Assembly: GCF_009914755.1 (NCBI RefSeq)
Contig: NC_060948.1
DNA: 64,000 nucleotides
Reading direction: 5' to 3' (one strand)
Source: the human T2T-CHM13v2.0 reference genome, Homo sapiens
Shown: piece by piece, positions 62,895 to 64,000 of the stretch
Position numbering within the stretch: position 1 is the first letter of the stretch
Layout: every line of letters begins with the position of its first letter
Position numbers and translations under genes: made by a program
Notes under the pieces: generated by a model
Seen by the model: only the letters and a program-made list of their open reading frames with translations
Database searches by the model: none
Told to the model about the DNA's origin: nothing

Positions 62895-64000
<1,106 letters not shown>

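Overview
Hominid, most likely human, genomic DNA containing the coding part of VAMP7 (SYBL1/TI-VAMP, Xq28/Yq12 pseudoautosomal region 2) on the + strand. Seven GT-AG coding exons (4448-4593, 10607-10664, 13096-13233, 15484-15574, 34808-34875, 54693-54785, 56874-56942; 663 nt) join to a 220-aa longin R-SNARE. A ~1.8 kb 3' UTR follows; non-coding exon 1 and the promoter are not in the window. Introns 5 and 6 (~19-20 kb each) are filled with nested mobile elements: a 5'-inverted L1PA3-like element, a full-length SVA, two full-length antisense L1s (L1PA7-like, L1PA5-like), Tigger1, ERV1/MaLR solo LTRs, Alus, MIR, L2 and old L1M. Nearly all long ORFs in the supplied track are L1, Alu, SVA or Tigger remnants. 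I found no demonstrably new biological system. The observations most worth following up are: (1) a degenerate TTAGGG-like hexamer field downstream of the gene, possibly a fossil Xq telomere; (2) a 151-bp 3' transduction on the L1PA7-like element with its own AATAAA; (3) an orphan ~130-bp polyadenylated insert; (4) an intact ORF0-like frame and two L1 antisense promoters pointing at exons 6-8; (5) inverted L1 pairs bracketing the skippable exon 6; (6) a truncated U2 retrocopy and a solo poly(A) insertion. Repeat subfamily names come from recalled consensus motifs, not from a database search.
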